Assembly (NCBI RefSeq): GCF_000281045.1 | Contig: NW_008246069.1 | Span: forward strand, 887,627 to 951,626 | DNA length: 64,000 nt | DNA from: Saprolegnia diclina VS20 | Lineage: Eukaryota | Direction: 5' to 3' | Shown: positions 22,642 to 34,842 of the stretch, piece after piece | How positions within the stretch are numbered: position 1 is the stretch's first letter | Layout: the number at the start of each line of letters is the position of its first letter | Made by a program: the position numbers and the translations under genes | Notes under the pieces: generated by a model | Seen by the model: the letters and a program-made list of their open reading frames with translations, nothing else | What the model was told of the DNA's origin: nothing | Database searches by the model: none

Positions 22642-24514
22642 ATGGGCTGGCCCGCACCACCAACGACGGCGTCGACGGCCGACGTCGACATGGAGAGCCC
22701 GGCGACCGTGGCGTCGACCCCGAGCCTGCACATGCGCAACCTCGTCAATGAATGCTTCCCCGTCTTCGAGGCGCTGGCGCAGCGCAGCCGCTCGACGCAC
22801 CCCGCGGAGCTGCGCCCGTTCGTGCTCGCCGCCTCCAAGCAGTACCGCGCCGCGATGCGCACGTGCGCCAACGACATGGACACGAAGCAGCTCGACACGG
22901 AGGCCGACCTTGTCCACATCGTGAAAGCGTCGCTGGCGCTGCTCCACTTGTGCGAAATCCTATACCTCGATGCGACGAACGTACGCATCCGTGTTGCACC
23001 ACGATGGCCTCGCCGCTGACGATCGCTACGCGTAGGAGACGGTGCTAGCATACGCCTTTGCCGAGTGGATCCAAGAGCACTACGCGGCGATGGAGATTGA
23101 GGACATGGACATGACCTTTTTCGAGCTCCAGACGCAGCTCGGCACGTCGGTCCACAACGTCGACTTGCCGCCCAAGTACTGGCCGACGATCGTGCAGCTC
23201 ATCCTCGCGGGCCATGGGCGCAAGGCATGGGAGCTTCTGAGTCTCTACTCGCATGCCAACTATGCGCTCGCGACGCTTGAACCCTTGCGTCAGGTGCTCA
23301 TGCACATGCCGTCGCAGTCCTCCGACTCATCGTGGCCGGCGTGGCACGACGCATGCCGAACGCTGGCTGCCGGCGACCTCGCCAAGGACATGCATTTCAA
23401 AATGATCCTCCATGTCCTCACGCATGGCGGCGCCGACGCGGCCGACGCGACGCCATGGTACATGCAAGCGGTCGCCCGCTGCGTGCTCGAGGACCCCAAG
23501 GTGCACCTCTCGCGCACTGCGCAATGCACGCGCCTCGTGACGCACCTCCGCGCGTCGCTCTCGCCGCTCGGTCCGTTTGAGGAAACGGTGGTCTCGCTGC
23601 TCGAGTTTGACTTGTCTTCAGCGCTCGAGGCGGTCCAGCGCATGTGTGCGGGCGACTTTCCCTTCTTCCCCGCGCATCTCATGGACCTTCTCTCGCATGC
23701 AGGGCACGTCGCCCGCTCCGAGGCCTTTGTCCTCGCGTACGTCGACGCGCTCCTCGTCAGCGCCGACCCGAACGCAACGCTGCTAATCGCGTACCTCGAG
23801 ACGTGCCCGCTTGGCGGCGGCCCCGTGTTGCTCTCGCTGCTTGACGCGCAGCGCCGGTCGAAGACGCTCACGGACTTCAAGGCCGAGAAGCTCCTTTTGC
23901 ACGCGCAGACGTACGGTCTCCGGCACTTTGTAAAGCAGTTGGCGCTGGACCGCGGTGCGTACTGGACGGCCAAGGGCCGCGTCGGCACGGCCATGACGTG
24001 GCTGCTCCGCGCGCGCGATGCTGTCGCCATCGACGGGCTCTGCGAAGCCAACTGGCGGGATGCGACACGGCTGCATCACATTGCCGACGTGCTCGAAGCC
24101 TCGGAGCAAGCTGACGCGACGGCGATCACGGCTTTTACGGTGGCGTACCACGAGCTCCTCCTCGTGTTTAGTGACGTGGCCGAGCTGTCGCGCACGAAGC
24201 ATGTGGCGCTCGCCCAAGTGCAGCAAGAGGCTGCGAAGCGCCTCGGCATGCTCTGCCGCAGCTGCGACATTCCGACGTCCATGTGGCCGACGATCCTATC
24301 GCTTGTAGACCAGCTCGTGCCGTTGCAGCCGCCCGTGTTTACGTCCTCGGACCTCTACGCTGTACTGCAAGCCATCCAAGACCAAAAGCTGCGCTTTGTG
24401 CGGCTCTCGGACGACAAGAAGACGGCGACCGAAGGCGCCGTTGTCGCCGCCAGCCTCGGCGTCCAAAAGCAAATCGCGCTCTGCTTGGCCAAGGCGCTCG
24501 TCCTTGACGTATAA
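22642..24514 (+). CDS. NUP85: Nucleoporin Nup85
   Basis: SKQYRAAMRTC, LLHLCEILYLD, EWIQEH, YWPTIVQLILAG, FPAHLMDLL, YLETCP and GTAMTWLLRARD. One intron at about 22981-23035. Confidence 0.8.
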
Positions 24515-24834
24515 GGAATGACTCCGCATCCAACACTGAATGACGACTGATCTTTGCTTGCTAAGCAAATCTTTTTGTCTGGCATCAACAGCCAAGTCAC
24601 CAGTACGAACAGACACCACGGCGGGGACCGAGGTGTCCGATCAGATCATTCCAGTCGCTCCAAGGACGCTCCGAGTCGACGAGTGATTTCCAGACCGAGG
24701 TACGAACACCTAGTACACTCGACGTCGGGTTGGACCAGTGTAGCCAAAGAAGCTTGGCGGACTTTAGTACAACCTCAGTACTCCAGAGCATCGACTCAGA
24801 ACTTATGGAGCCTCAGAACGTATCGACTAAACGA

Positions 24835-25642
24835 CTACTTGGAGGGGAGGTGTCGGCTTCGGAGCTCCTCCGAGGTGCGCAGAATGTCCGACACGATCGC
24901 CTGCATAGCGGGGGCATCGAGCGAATTGGCGTCGCGGATAACACCATTTTCCGCTCGTTTCACGGGCCGCAGCGGGCCGAAGGAGACGTGGCGGTCCAGC
25001 GACCGCCGGCGAAGGCGAGAAGGCAACACTAGTTTCCATCATGAGCCGTCCTCTGTTCCAAGCAACCGTACCGACAGCTGCGGCTGCCTCGGGTCGATGA
25101 CTATGATATCTATTGTTTCAGACAGGCGTGAACGGGAAATGCACAAAGCGTACGTTTTGAGGAGCACATCGCCATCGACTTGTTTCGTGTGCACGAGTAC
25201 CTACTCGTCGCGCTAGATCGAATTGGATTCAAGAAAGAGCTACATGGAGTGTCGAGTTGAGACTCGCGTTTTGCAAGAGATACCGGCGTGACGATGTGCC
25301 GAACCGTCCGACAAAGTCGGCGACGTCAATCGACACGACACCGAGACGAGTGTGGCGACGGCGACTCGACGTCTCTTGACGCACGCTCAAGCGCACACAG
25401 CGACTGGTGACGACAGCGTCACGACTGACGGGCAGCTCGCAGCGAGGCAGGGAGATGCGCCACGATGGCCACTTGGCGCATTGCTCGACGACAGCCACGC
25501 TGGGGCTTGTGCCGTGGCGGCCGTCGTCGTACGTCCAGGCACAGCTGATGGGGCGACTGTGGGATTCTGGAAGGTTGTAGCAGCCTTCCACTTGAAGGTC
25601 AACGTCGACTGCAATACGCGGGCGTCGCTGGAAGGACAGCAT
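24835..25642 (-). CDS. NT-C2 (EEIG1/EHBP1, FAM102-like) domain protein
   Basis: VDLQVEGCYNLP, CVRLSVRQE, LGVVSIDVADFVG and RRYLLQNASLNSTLHV. The downstream exons are approximate. Confidence 0.75.
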
Positions 25643-26187
25643 CGTCTCTTTGCTCGACACACGCAAGCACTCGCCTCAGCGTTTCAACCGCATCCAACCG
25701 CCAAGTTCTTCACGAGTGTCCGTCTCGAACCGTTCGGTTATCGCACCCCTTGTCTTTTCGCGGAATGCGCACAGAACTTGTCTGAAATGTTCCATGTGTG
25801 AGTCTCCAGCGTCCACGACATATCAGTCCACAACGGGCTTTCTTGAGGACTTGTCTCTCGTCTTCATTCTGCAGTCACAACAAGCTCCATATCAACGTTC
25901 GTGCGACGTCACCCCGCATACATCTCACCACCTAAGAGGCGTCGAAGCAAGTTGCGAGACGAGTCAACTGACTTGGCGCTTGAGACCGCTCTCTTCACGT
26001 GCGTCAAGCCCGTGGTGCCAAAGTGGGAGAATGCGATGCCAGCAACGGGACTTGGCGCGCGTCCTACGAGACAGTACGTTCCGTGCTTGCAGACCATGGA
26101 CAAAGCGCATGATGTATTGATGGGCATATGGCCGAGGCAAGAAACTGCGGCTACTGCAGTTTGATGATTTACTCTACAGAAACTTGA

Positions 26188-27054
26188 TCAACACCGAACG
26201 TTCAAAAGATAGAAGGACGCACTGCGCGGCGGTTCGTTGAGCAAGTCCAAGACGTCGGCCATGAAGTCCCCACCCTCTTTCTTGTACTTGAGGCCCGCGT
26301 GGATGGCTTCTTCAAAGATCTAGCACCACAGTTGCAAGATATATCACTATAGGATTGCCGGCACCTTGACGACGTTGGTGCCGTCCGCAGCCGACACGAA
26401 GTGAAAGCCGAGGTTGTGCGTCTCGGCAAACTTGAACTTTTTATTCGTGACTTCGAGGTCGACGTCGATTTTGTTGGCTGCCAGAAAGCAAGGAACGTTC
26501 TCGCAGTATTCTCGCAGCTCCTTGTACCAATCGGCCAAATGCTGGTACGTGGTTTTGCGCGTGACGTCAAAGACCTAAACACCGCCATCGCCGCATGCTT
26601 TCTACATTGAACGTTCGCACCAAGATGCAGGCCGAAGCACCAAAGTAGTACGACGGATGCATGCTCGAGAAGCGTTCTTGGCCTGCCGTGTCCCAAATGT
26701 CTAAGGATACGTGGCATTTTGTGCAGACAGAGGAGGCAGCAGTACCGATTTTGGCCGTCGAGCCATCGTCCATTGGAAATTCTTTTCGAAAGAGCGTGAG
26801 TGCAAACGTCGACAGCTAAATCATGGAGCTCGCATGAGGCATTGCGTTCACGTAGGCGAGAGATGCACCTGCCGTGGCTGGTATTCGTTCATCATGAAGC
26901 GTTCGACGAGCTTGGATTTGCCAACCGCCGAGTCACCCAGGAGAATGATCTACACCGAGGACTGCCGATACGATACACGAAGCGAGTGTACCTTGAGGTC
27001 GGCGTCGCCGAGGCCATCTTCTTGGAGGGCCTTGCTTTCGTCGTCCGTCGGCAT
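26188..27054 (-). CDS. RABL2: Rab-like small GTPase RABL2
   Basis: IILLGDSAVGKSKLVERF, WDTAGQERFSSMHPSYY, VFDVTRKTTYQHL, ANKID and FVSAADGTNVVK, with no CAAX. Five short introns. Confidence 0.9.
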
Positions 27055-27108
27055 CCCGCTGGCACCGCAAAAACGTGTCTCTTCGTTGCAAGGGCGAACA
27101 GGATCTTG

Positions 27109-27122
27109 TCACTTCGCATTTG
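27109..27122 (+). promoter_or_regulatory. Oomycete INR+FPR-like element
   Basis: TCACTTCGCATTTG in the 200-bp divergent spacer between RABL2 and the methyltransferase. Confidence 0.4.
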
Positions 27123-27253
27123 TATTGTATAATACAGTTCCATGTACTATCAAAAATCACAGGTATATAATTTAATAGAGGATATCCTGTTTGAAAGGTA
27201 TTGGCTTTGATGTGCTTGAAGTTGCAACGCCAGTCGTATTCCGAGGCTATACG

Positions 27254-28163
27254 ATGAAGCTGCAGGCGGATGTACCCATGGACGATGGCGTGCGCCGGAT
27301 CCAGCGCTTCTGGAACGACTTCGCCGAGGTGTACACGGCCGAGGCCAACAAGACGCTGACAATCCAAGGCTCGCGCGTCCTGCACGCCCACATGGACCTC
27401 GACACGGCGACGCGGGTGCTCGAAGTCGGCGCTGGCGCCGGCCTCGGCACGGAAGATATTCTCTCACGCCTTTCGCCACATGCGGCTCTTCTTGCAACGG
27501 ACCTCGCGCCAGAGATGCTGCAGCGCCTTGAGCGCCGTCTTGCGCCGTACCAGGCGACGCGGAAGATTGACGTGGCGCTCGCCAACGGTGCGTCGATCGT
27601 CTCTTTTAGAGTCTCAGATCGAGCGTATAGCTCAGGAGCTGCGGGGTCTTGAAAACGGCGCCTTTGATCGGTACATTGCCAGCCTCGTGCTCCAGCTGAC
27701 GCCGGACCCGAACGCGATGCTGCAAGAGGCTGCGCGCGTGCTCGCCGAAGATGGTATCGCCGGCTTTGTCATTTGGGGCGCACCCGAGCACAGCGGCGTC
27801 GACACGCTTCCAAGCGACATGGAGAAGGCGTTGGACATTGGTGGTCGTGGCGCGCTGCATCCCAACTTTAACCTCGGCTTGCGTCTCGACGAGCTCAAAG
27901 CCACGATCAAGTCGATCGGTTTTCGCCATGTCGTCTCGTGGCCCGTCTTGCTCGTGGAAGAAAAGTGGGACGGCGCCCGCAACGCTAGCGCGTACGACGC
28001 TCTAGAGCCTGTAACACTGGCGGACTTTGACGGGGACGCGGCTGCTGCGGATGCCTTCCGAGTGCGCCGCCATGTGTGCTTGACGCAGCACTCGAACGAG
28101 TGGCTCGCGACCCGCGAAATGCCAATTGGCCTGGAAGTCTACATCATCTTAGCGCGCAAGTAA
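27254..28163 (+). CDS. Class I SAM-dependent methyltransferase, paralog 1
   Basis: VLEVGAGAG (motif I), ATDLAPEML, FDRYIASLVLQL and ARVLAEDG. Intron 27588-27630. Confidence 0.92.
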
Positions 28164-28452
28164 GGACCAACAGGAAACGCTGTGTCATAATTTGATTTTC
28201 TCTGACCTTGGCGTGGCGGAATGATACTTGCCACGAGGCGTCACGTCTATGAAGGACAAAAATGCGCAATTTTTGTCTCAATCGTCATCCAATGGGAGGC
28301 CTTTCTTTGACTGCGCTCGAGCAACTATGGGGTCGTCTGTACAACTTCACAGCCCAACATGCATGCCTGGTACCACTAGAATATCAAGGATGAATCAAAG
28401 TCGACTGTTTGATTCGAATTAACATCGAGACACTGATGCACGTGGTGAGCGT

Positions 28453-28479
28453 CTACGGGTTGCGACCGCAGCACATCTG
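28453..28479 (-). CDS. 3' end of a third copy of the small Cys-rich secreted peptide (rest in gap)
   Basis: Reads QMCCGRNP-stop versus QICCGLRP-stop. The 3' flank 28390-28452 is homologous to 40855-40913, and the sequence after the gap resembles 41160-41270. Confidence 0.7.
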   Translation of the reverse strand, partial: QMCCGRNP

Positions 28480-29254
28480 NNNNNNNNNNNNNNNNNNNNN
28501 NNNNNNNNNNNNNNNNNNNNNNNNNNNNNNNNNNNNNNNNNNNNNNNNNNNNNNNNNNNNNNNNNNNNNNNNNNNNNNNNNNNNNNNNNNNNNNNNNNNN
28601 NNNNNNNNNNNNNNNNNNNNNNNNNNNNNNNNNNNNNNNNNNNNNNNNNNNNNNNNNNNNNNNNNNNNNNNNNNNNNNNNNNNNNNNNNNNNNNNNNNNN
28701 NNNNNNNNNNNNNNNGCGCATCGCGCAAGAAAAATAGCAAAGGACACGACGCCGCGTGCTGCTAAAAGTAGCTCGAGCGCAATGGTCGACCAACCTCCGC
28801 CACGACACAGATTTTGCCCCGATTGGAAGCTGGTTCGTCGGTTGTATGTTCTCAACAAGGCTAAGAGCCTTTGACTAAGAGCTGTGTGCGTGTCATTGAG
28901 CCATCGCGCTGAATAAAACCCAGTGAATGTGAACCCAATCAGCGGTCAACACAAGCCCTTGACCCAATCAACGCCATCTTAGCGTCGGTCGCCAACCTGC
29001 ACGTCCTGTAGCCACCCAACGTTAGTTAGTTTGACAATTTATGGCCTCCTACCTTGCTTTTTAGGCTGATGAAATGCAATGAACCAGTCGATGCGAAGAC
29101 ACTTGCGGGGAGAGGGGCTTGTTGGTTGGGTGTTGCTGAGCTCTCAGTGCGTTGAGTTTTTTATATCGGCATCGCAAGGTCCGTCTCGAGTTGACGAAAA
29201 TAATTTTCCCGCGTGGTAGATGGTTGTCAATCTAATGTGTACCAAGTAGCTTGA

Positions 29255-29440
29255 GGTGCAAGGTCTGGGTCACCAGCTCGACGACTGTGCCATGGTTCAA
29301 GGACGGCCTCGCATTTCGTTGCACCAAGAGCCGGTCTGGCTTGGTGCGCTTCGACGACGACGAAGAAGCCACGGTGGCCACCAAGGGGTCGACCTCTTTC
29401 GACATGTACGCGCGCCGAAAATGCCGGAGCAATCTCTCAT
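29255..29440 (+). pseudogene. Truncated, degraded copy of the YkgJ/CxxCxxCC gene at 41763
   Basis: PWFKDGLAFRCTK-SRSGLVRFDDDEEATVATK...DMYARRKCRSNLS versus PWFKDGLAFSCTKCGNCCSGPSGSVRFNDDEAATMAAK...DKYARRQGRGNLS. The CGNCC segment is deleted and the 3' half is missing. Confidence 0.85.
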
Positions 29441-29793
29441 TGTGCTGTTGCATCGTTTGTATCCGGATGGTGACGTGGCACTCTCCCACCAATCTTGAAC
29501 AGGCAAAACTAGCAATCAATGGCATTGTTATCACCAAGTCGTTGCTGGCACATTCCAGTCGTATCGATTAACCCACAAGTACTCTAAATCATGTGCCCCC
29601 ACCCTGTGAGCGTTTGCGGTGCATGGCGCCGTGCAGCGACAAAAGACTATTGAAATCGATTTGGTAAAAGCGTCTTGTAGGAAAGCGACAGGGGCGATGT
29701 CAAAGCTTATGAGCAATGAGCTTTTGTACGATGAGCGTGCAAGTTTAAACCGCAATCACTTTCATATCGACGAGTGCCATCGACAACAAAACC

Positions 29794-31441
29794 ATGCACC
29801 GCTTCAACGCCAACCACCTCCAAGACGTCGCCGCCGCCCGCACTGCGGCCGCCGACGCCAAGTTCCAAGCCGAATTCCCGCACCTCCACCGCGCCGAGGT
29901 GCGCCGCAAAGCCAAGATTGCGCTCGCTGCGCCCACGCGTGCCCCGGCCACGATGCGTGTTCCTGCCAAACCAACGACAACGCCGGTTGCTGGAAAGCGT
30001 ACAAAAACACCCGTCCAGCCGACGCCATCGATCAAATCGACGCTTCCGGTCAAGCCAGTGCCTCGCTCGGCAGCGCGCGCACCCAAGGTTCTCGCACCTG
30101 CAACGACCAGCACGGCGGAACCGTCTTCGCCGGCGATGCACCCTTCGCCTGCGCTCATCAAACCAACTCGCTCGTCACTGGTGTCATCGCGCCCCGTGGC
30201 ACCAGCTCGCCCCGTAGCACCAACACACGAACCGCCTGCTGCGGTGGCGACCACGGAGGCACCGGTCGTCGCCTGCAGCTGCCAGCCCGTGATTGTTGCG
30301 CTAGAAGACGAGAACAGTCGTCTCAAAGAAGAGCTTCGGGTCGCTCACATCGCTTTGGCTGAGTATGCAAGCAAGGTGCAGCATCTTGAGGCGGCTTTGC
30401 GCGTGTCGGCTCCCATCGATACGACGATGCCACCGGCGGCTGCGGTTTCCATCGCTCCAGACGCCAAGCTACTGGCTTTTCCCAGTGAGGGCACGGCTCC
30501 CGACAGCGCTCCAGCGATAATGTTTCCAACGGGTGCTTTACTCGACCCGCCCGCGGCCAACGCCAACGTCGAGCCATGCAGCAGTGCAGCCGCAACGAGG
30601 CGTCTTTGCCCGCGGTATCACGGTCGCCGGCACGCCTCGAAGCGAGCCACGCCGGCCTCGCCAACCTTGGCAACACATATTACATGAATGCCACTCTGCA
30701 GTGCCTAGCGCACACGCCGCCACTGGTCGACGCGCTGCTGTCGGAGCAGTGCGAGTCCACCACGGTCAATGCTCTCACACGCGTGGTCTCTGGCATCCTT
30801 GCAAACGACGCTGCTTCGTACCACAGCGACCAAAAAGCCTTGGTACCACCGTTCCACTCGCCCACGACGCAGCAAGATGCGAGCGACTACCTCGCGTGGC
30901 TCGTCTCGGATCTTGAAGTCGCTTCAACAATTCCCGAGGATGTTTTCGGCTCGTACTGACAGCGACGAGCACCTGTCCCCACTGCGGCCTCGAGTCTGAG
31001 ATGTCAGATGCCTACCGGGACATTTCGATCGCTGAAGAGACGACCTCGGTCGCTGCTGGTCTCGCGACGTTCATGACGAAAACACTCACGCGGACATGCG
31101 CCAGCTGCCTCATCTTTGGCACCACCAAGCAGCACTGGACGATACTCCTCGCGCCGCCCGTGCTCATCCTCACGCTCAGCGCAACCAACTACAACGTACA
31201 GGACGCCAGTCGTGTGGTCGTGAACGAGATATTGGCGCTGGGTGCAACGACCTACCGCCTTGTGGGTCTGGTTGGTCACCGCGGTACCTCGGTCCTCGGT
31301 GGCCACTACGTCGCATATGTGCGCCGGTCAAGCGTCTGGCTTTGTATGAACGACGCCCTTGTCTCGGTCGTGTCGGCTCGCAAAGTCTTTGCCCAGCGCG
31401 CCTACGTCCTCTTCTACGAACGCCTTGCCGACGACTCGTGA
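29794..31441 (+). pseudogene. Ubiquitin-specific protease (C19/USP) with Pro-rich and coiled-coil N-terminus, frameshifted and catalytically mutated
   Basis: Cys box GLANLGNTYYMNATLQCL (Tyr at the catalytic Cys), QQDASDYL, CPHC, His box GHYVAYVR, NDALVS and AYVLFYER. Frames break near 30600-30650 and near 30950. Confidence 0.8.
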
Positions 31442-31699
31442 ACCAAGGTTCCATCGAGTCCCATCCACCAGTTTGAGCCTCCGCACAGCGTCATGGACGA
31501 ATAGCGTCCATACGCAAACCGTACAATATGGCTAATTGGACGAAGAACGTCCATCCTAAGATATCTAAAAAACCACAAAACTTATGGTTGCCCATTGATC
31601 TTTTATAGTGCGTATCATTTCCATAACAATATCATATCTGAAGGGTATCCATATCGAAAGACTTGAACTTGGAGTTTTGTCGACATTTGCCGAATCTTG

Positions 31700-32624
31700 A
31701 TGACGTCGCAGCCACCGCCCATCCCGCTGGACGACGCCGTCCGCCAGGTCCAGACCTTCTGGAACAACTTCTCCGAGACGTACACGGCTACGGCCAACAA
31801 GCGCATGACGATCCAGGGCTCCAGCTCTCTGCACGCGCACTTGGAGCTCGACGACGCCACGAGCGTCCTTGAGATCGGCGCCGGCGCTGGCATCGGTACC
31901 ATGGACATGCTCTCGCGCCTCTCGACGGAGCGCGAGACGCGTGTCTTGTCGACGGACCTTTCACCCGAGATGCTGCAGCGGCTTGAGGCGCGCATTGCGC
32001 CCTTCCACGGCAAGGCCAAGGTCGACGTGGCGTTGGCCAACGGTACGACCTGCTTCCTGCTCCTCGCTATCGCTTCACGCCATATGTGCCATAGCGCAAG
32101 AGCTCCAGGGCTTGGCCGATGCGTCGTTTGATCGGTACATTGCGAGCCTCGTCTTGCAGCTGACGCCAGACCCGGACGCAATGCTCCGTGAAGCCTACCG
32201 CGTGCTCATGCCAAAGGGTCTTGCCGGGTTTGTCATTTGGGGCAACCCGGAGCACAGTGGCCTCTTTACGATCCCGAGCATGATGGAGAAGGAGCTCGAC
32301 ATTGGCAACCGCGGCGCCCAGCATGGCAACTTTGCGCTCGGTTTGAAGCTGGACGAGCTCAAGGCCAAGATGCGGAAGCTCGGTTTTAGCAGTGTCGTCT
32401 CGTGGCCCTTCTTGTGCATTTCGGAAAAGTGGAGCGGCGAGCGCAACGCCGAGTACCACAACCAAATGTACCCGCTCTCGCCCGACCAATTTCCTGATGA
32501 CGCCGCTCGCCTCGCAGCGCAGTGCCAGCGCTTTGAGACGATGACGCGCCTCTCCAACGAGTGGCTTGCGACCAAGGGCATGCCCATCGGTCTCGAAGTG
32601 TACCTCATTATTGCGCGCAAGTAG
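31700..32624 (+). CDS. Class I SAM-dependent methyltransferase, paralog 2
   Basis: VLEIGAGAG and FDRYIASLVLQLTPDP, ending MPIGLEVYLIIARK like paralog 1. Intron 32043-32094 sits at the same codon position. Confidence 0.92.
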
Positions 32625-32912
32625 TACTTCGCAGTAGCAGCAATGATACCTTCTTTGTTTCTTTGGTTGTCGACGGCTCGTGATACAGGTGGCAACTACA
32701 TATGGCGTCCACGGTGTGAGGACAGATGTCGGTACATGTTGATGTGACGTATATGTCCGTTCTACACGACCAACGACAAGTGCATCAGAGATTAGGGTAG
32801 CGTGCAAGCAAGCAAGGCAGTTCTGGGTCGACGAGGTAGCATTCCTAGCAACAAGAGACTTGTATTTCGTTGCTCGTCTTTTGTGCTGTAGTAGGATGGG
32901 CCATAAGCGAGG

Positions 32913-34116
32913 TTAGAGCCCTTTGTTGTAGGTGGCGAGACGCACGGGGTCGCCCGAGACGCGACGCGCGCTTTGCAATTCGGGCTCGAGGTAGCCGACC
33001 GACACTTGCGCCGACTGGCGAAAGAGACCAAACGTCAATGGCACGGCGCACTGGATCGCGACGGCCACCATGGCGAGCGTCGTGGGCAGGCGCAGGCGCG
33101 GCCGACGGGCCCAAAAGTCGACCTTGGTTTCGAGCATCCGCATGGCCAAAGGCGGGAGAATCAAAATGGGCGCGGCCGCAAAGATGCGCCCGCCAATGCA
33201 CGCAGCGACGGCAAAGAGCCCCGCGCGCTTGCTCGTGCCAATCCAGTCACCGTCTTCGTTGTACACGTTGACACCTACAGTAGGTCCCATCGTGCCGAAA
33301 TGCAATGGCTTTGAAACACTGCACCGCGAAGGAACTCAGATTGACGCATAACGGTGAGGTTGAGGACGTCGGCGGCAGCGACGGCGGCGAACGGCGCCAT
33401 GCGCAGTAGGACGGGATGGCCTTTGGCCTTGGCCCACGAGCGCACGCCGAGCTAAAGGACGCTACGACGCCTGTTGTGTGATCGACGAGCGTACCGACGC
33501 GCCGACAGAGCTGGCGGTGGCGGCGAGGTAGGCAGCGATGCGTTGGTTTGTCGTGTCTTCGTTCGTCGCATTGCGGTTGGCGTAGTAGTGCAGGGCATTG
33601 TACGTTTGGTTGAGCCTAAGATACCGGTATGCTGATGCAGATCCAAACCAATCAACCTACCACTGCCAAAAGACGGTCGAGCGCGCCGTCGAGGCTAGAA
33701 TCATGCCACAGTCGAGGCCGAGGTTCATGGGCACGATCATCGACACACGGAGGGGCAGCAATACCGGCGCGCCTAAGCTTCATGGTGAAGAGAAGCGACA
33801 TGAAAGAGCATACCTGTGTCTGGGTGGAGCACTGCGCGCGTGAGCTTGAGCGCCTCTTGGTACGCAGCCTCACTGGTCGATGCGCCACGTCCTGCGCAAG
33901 CAACATGAGCGTACACTCGGCGAAGGGCAATGCAGGTTTACGTCGCGTGTCCTCGACGAGGCGCCTAGCAGCGTCGACGGCCTCGGCGGATGCAAAGGCG
34001 CAGCGAACGTCCAGCATATCCCACGTCTTCTTCACACGCTGGCGGTACGTGGCTTCGTCCGGGTCGGCAAAGAACTGCCGCTGCTGACTGCTGCTCCCGC
34101 TGCCTCCTGGTGCCAT
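32913..34116 (-). CDS. Sideroflexin (mitochondrial tricarboxylate/serine carrier family)
   Basis: NVQCPALLRQ region, APFAAVAAADVLN, GRIFAAAPILILPP, VPLTFGLFRQ, LEPELQ and the terminal YNKGL signature. Multi-exon. Confidence 0.88.
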
Positions 34117-34842
34117 GCGATTTGCGATCTTCGTTGATGTGCCGGATACCGTTGTCGTCCGGATATCCGGGCGACTTGAAGCGCGCCGCCAAGTGCGTCA
34201 CGCCCTCGACTGTAATTTCCGGGAAATTCAATGAAATACCGTACATTCAGAACTGGCAACGAGAGATCCTCCCCATGGATCCTCCCACGGTTGCTTCGTC
34301 ACACTTCACAATCAGCTTAAGTAGTGGTGGCGGATGAATAAACTCATGCAGAGCCTACTATTCGTCAACGGCTGGGTCAAAGCTTTCTGCAACCAACGAC
34401 AATACTGCCAAGTCTCGCCTGCAGAAAAGTGAACGTTGAAGCAGTGTCATTGAAGCGCGGCTCGTTGCGGGTCGCATGCAATATTTACGGCCACGCTGGT
34501 GTCTGTTTGGGACTCCCACTTGTACGCGCAACTCTCCTATTTAGTGGCATTTGGATCGGAATTTCCGCCAAACGTCGCCTTTTAATCCGGTTCCAACGGC
34601 CGCTGCAACGCACGTCGACGAGTCGACGAATGCGATGAGGGTGCTGCTCGCCTGGCAACGGCAGCACCTGCGATGGTACAGGCTCCAAGGTCCCAGCCCC
34701 CTCACGCTTGGCGTCATCGCGAGGTGTTATTTTTAAATTGCCGTAAAATAATATATGGCCCAGCCATAGGAACCTTGGGGTTTGTATATGGATAAAAAAA
34801 CGCTCCAGTCACCACCTGGCGGGGAGATCGCAATTTGCAGCG

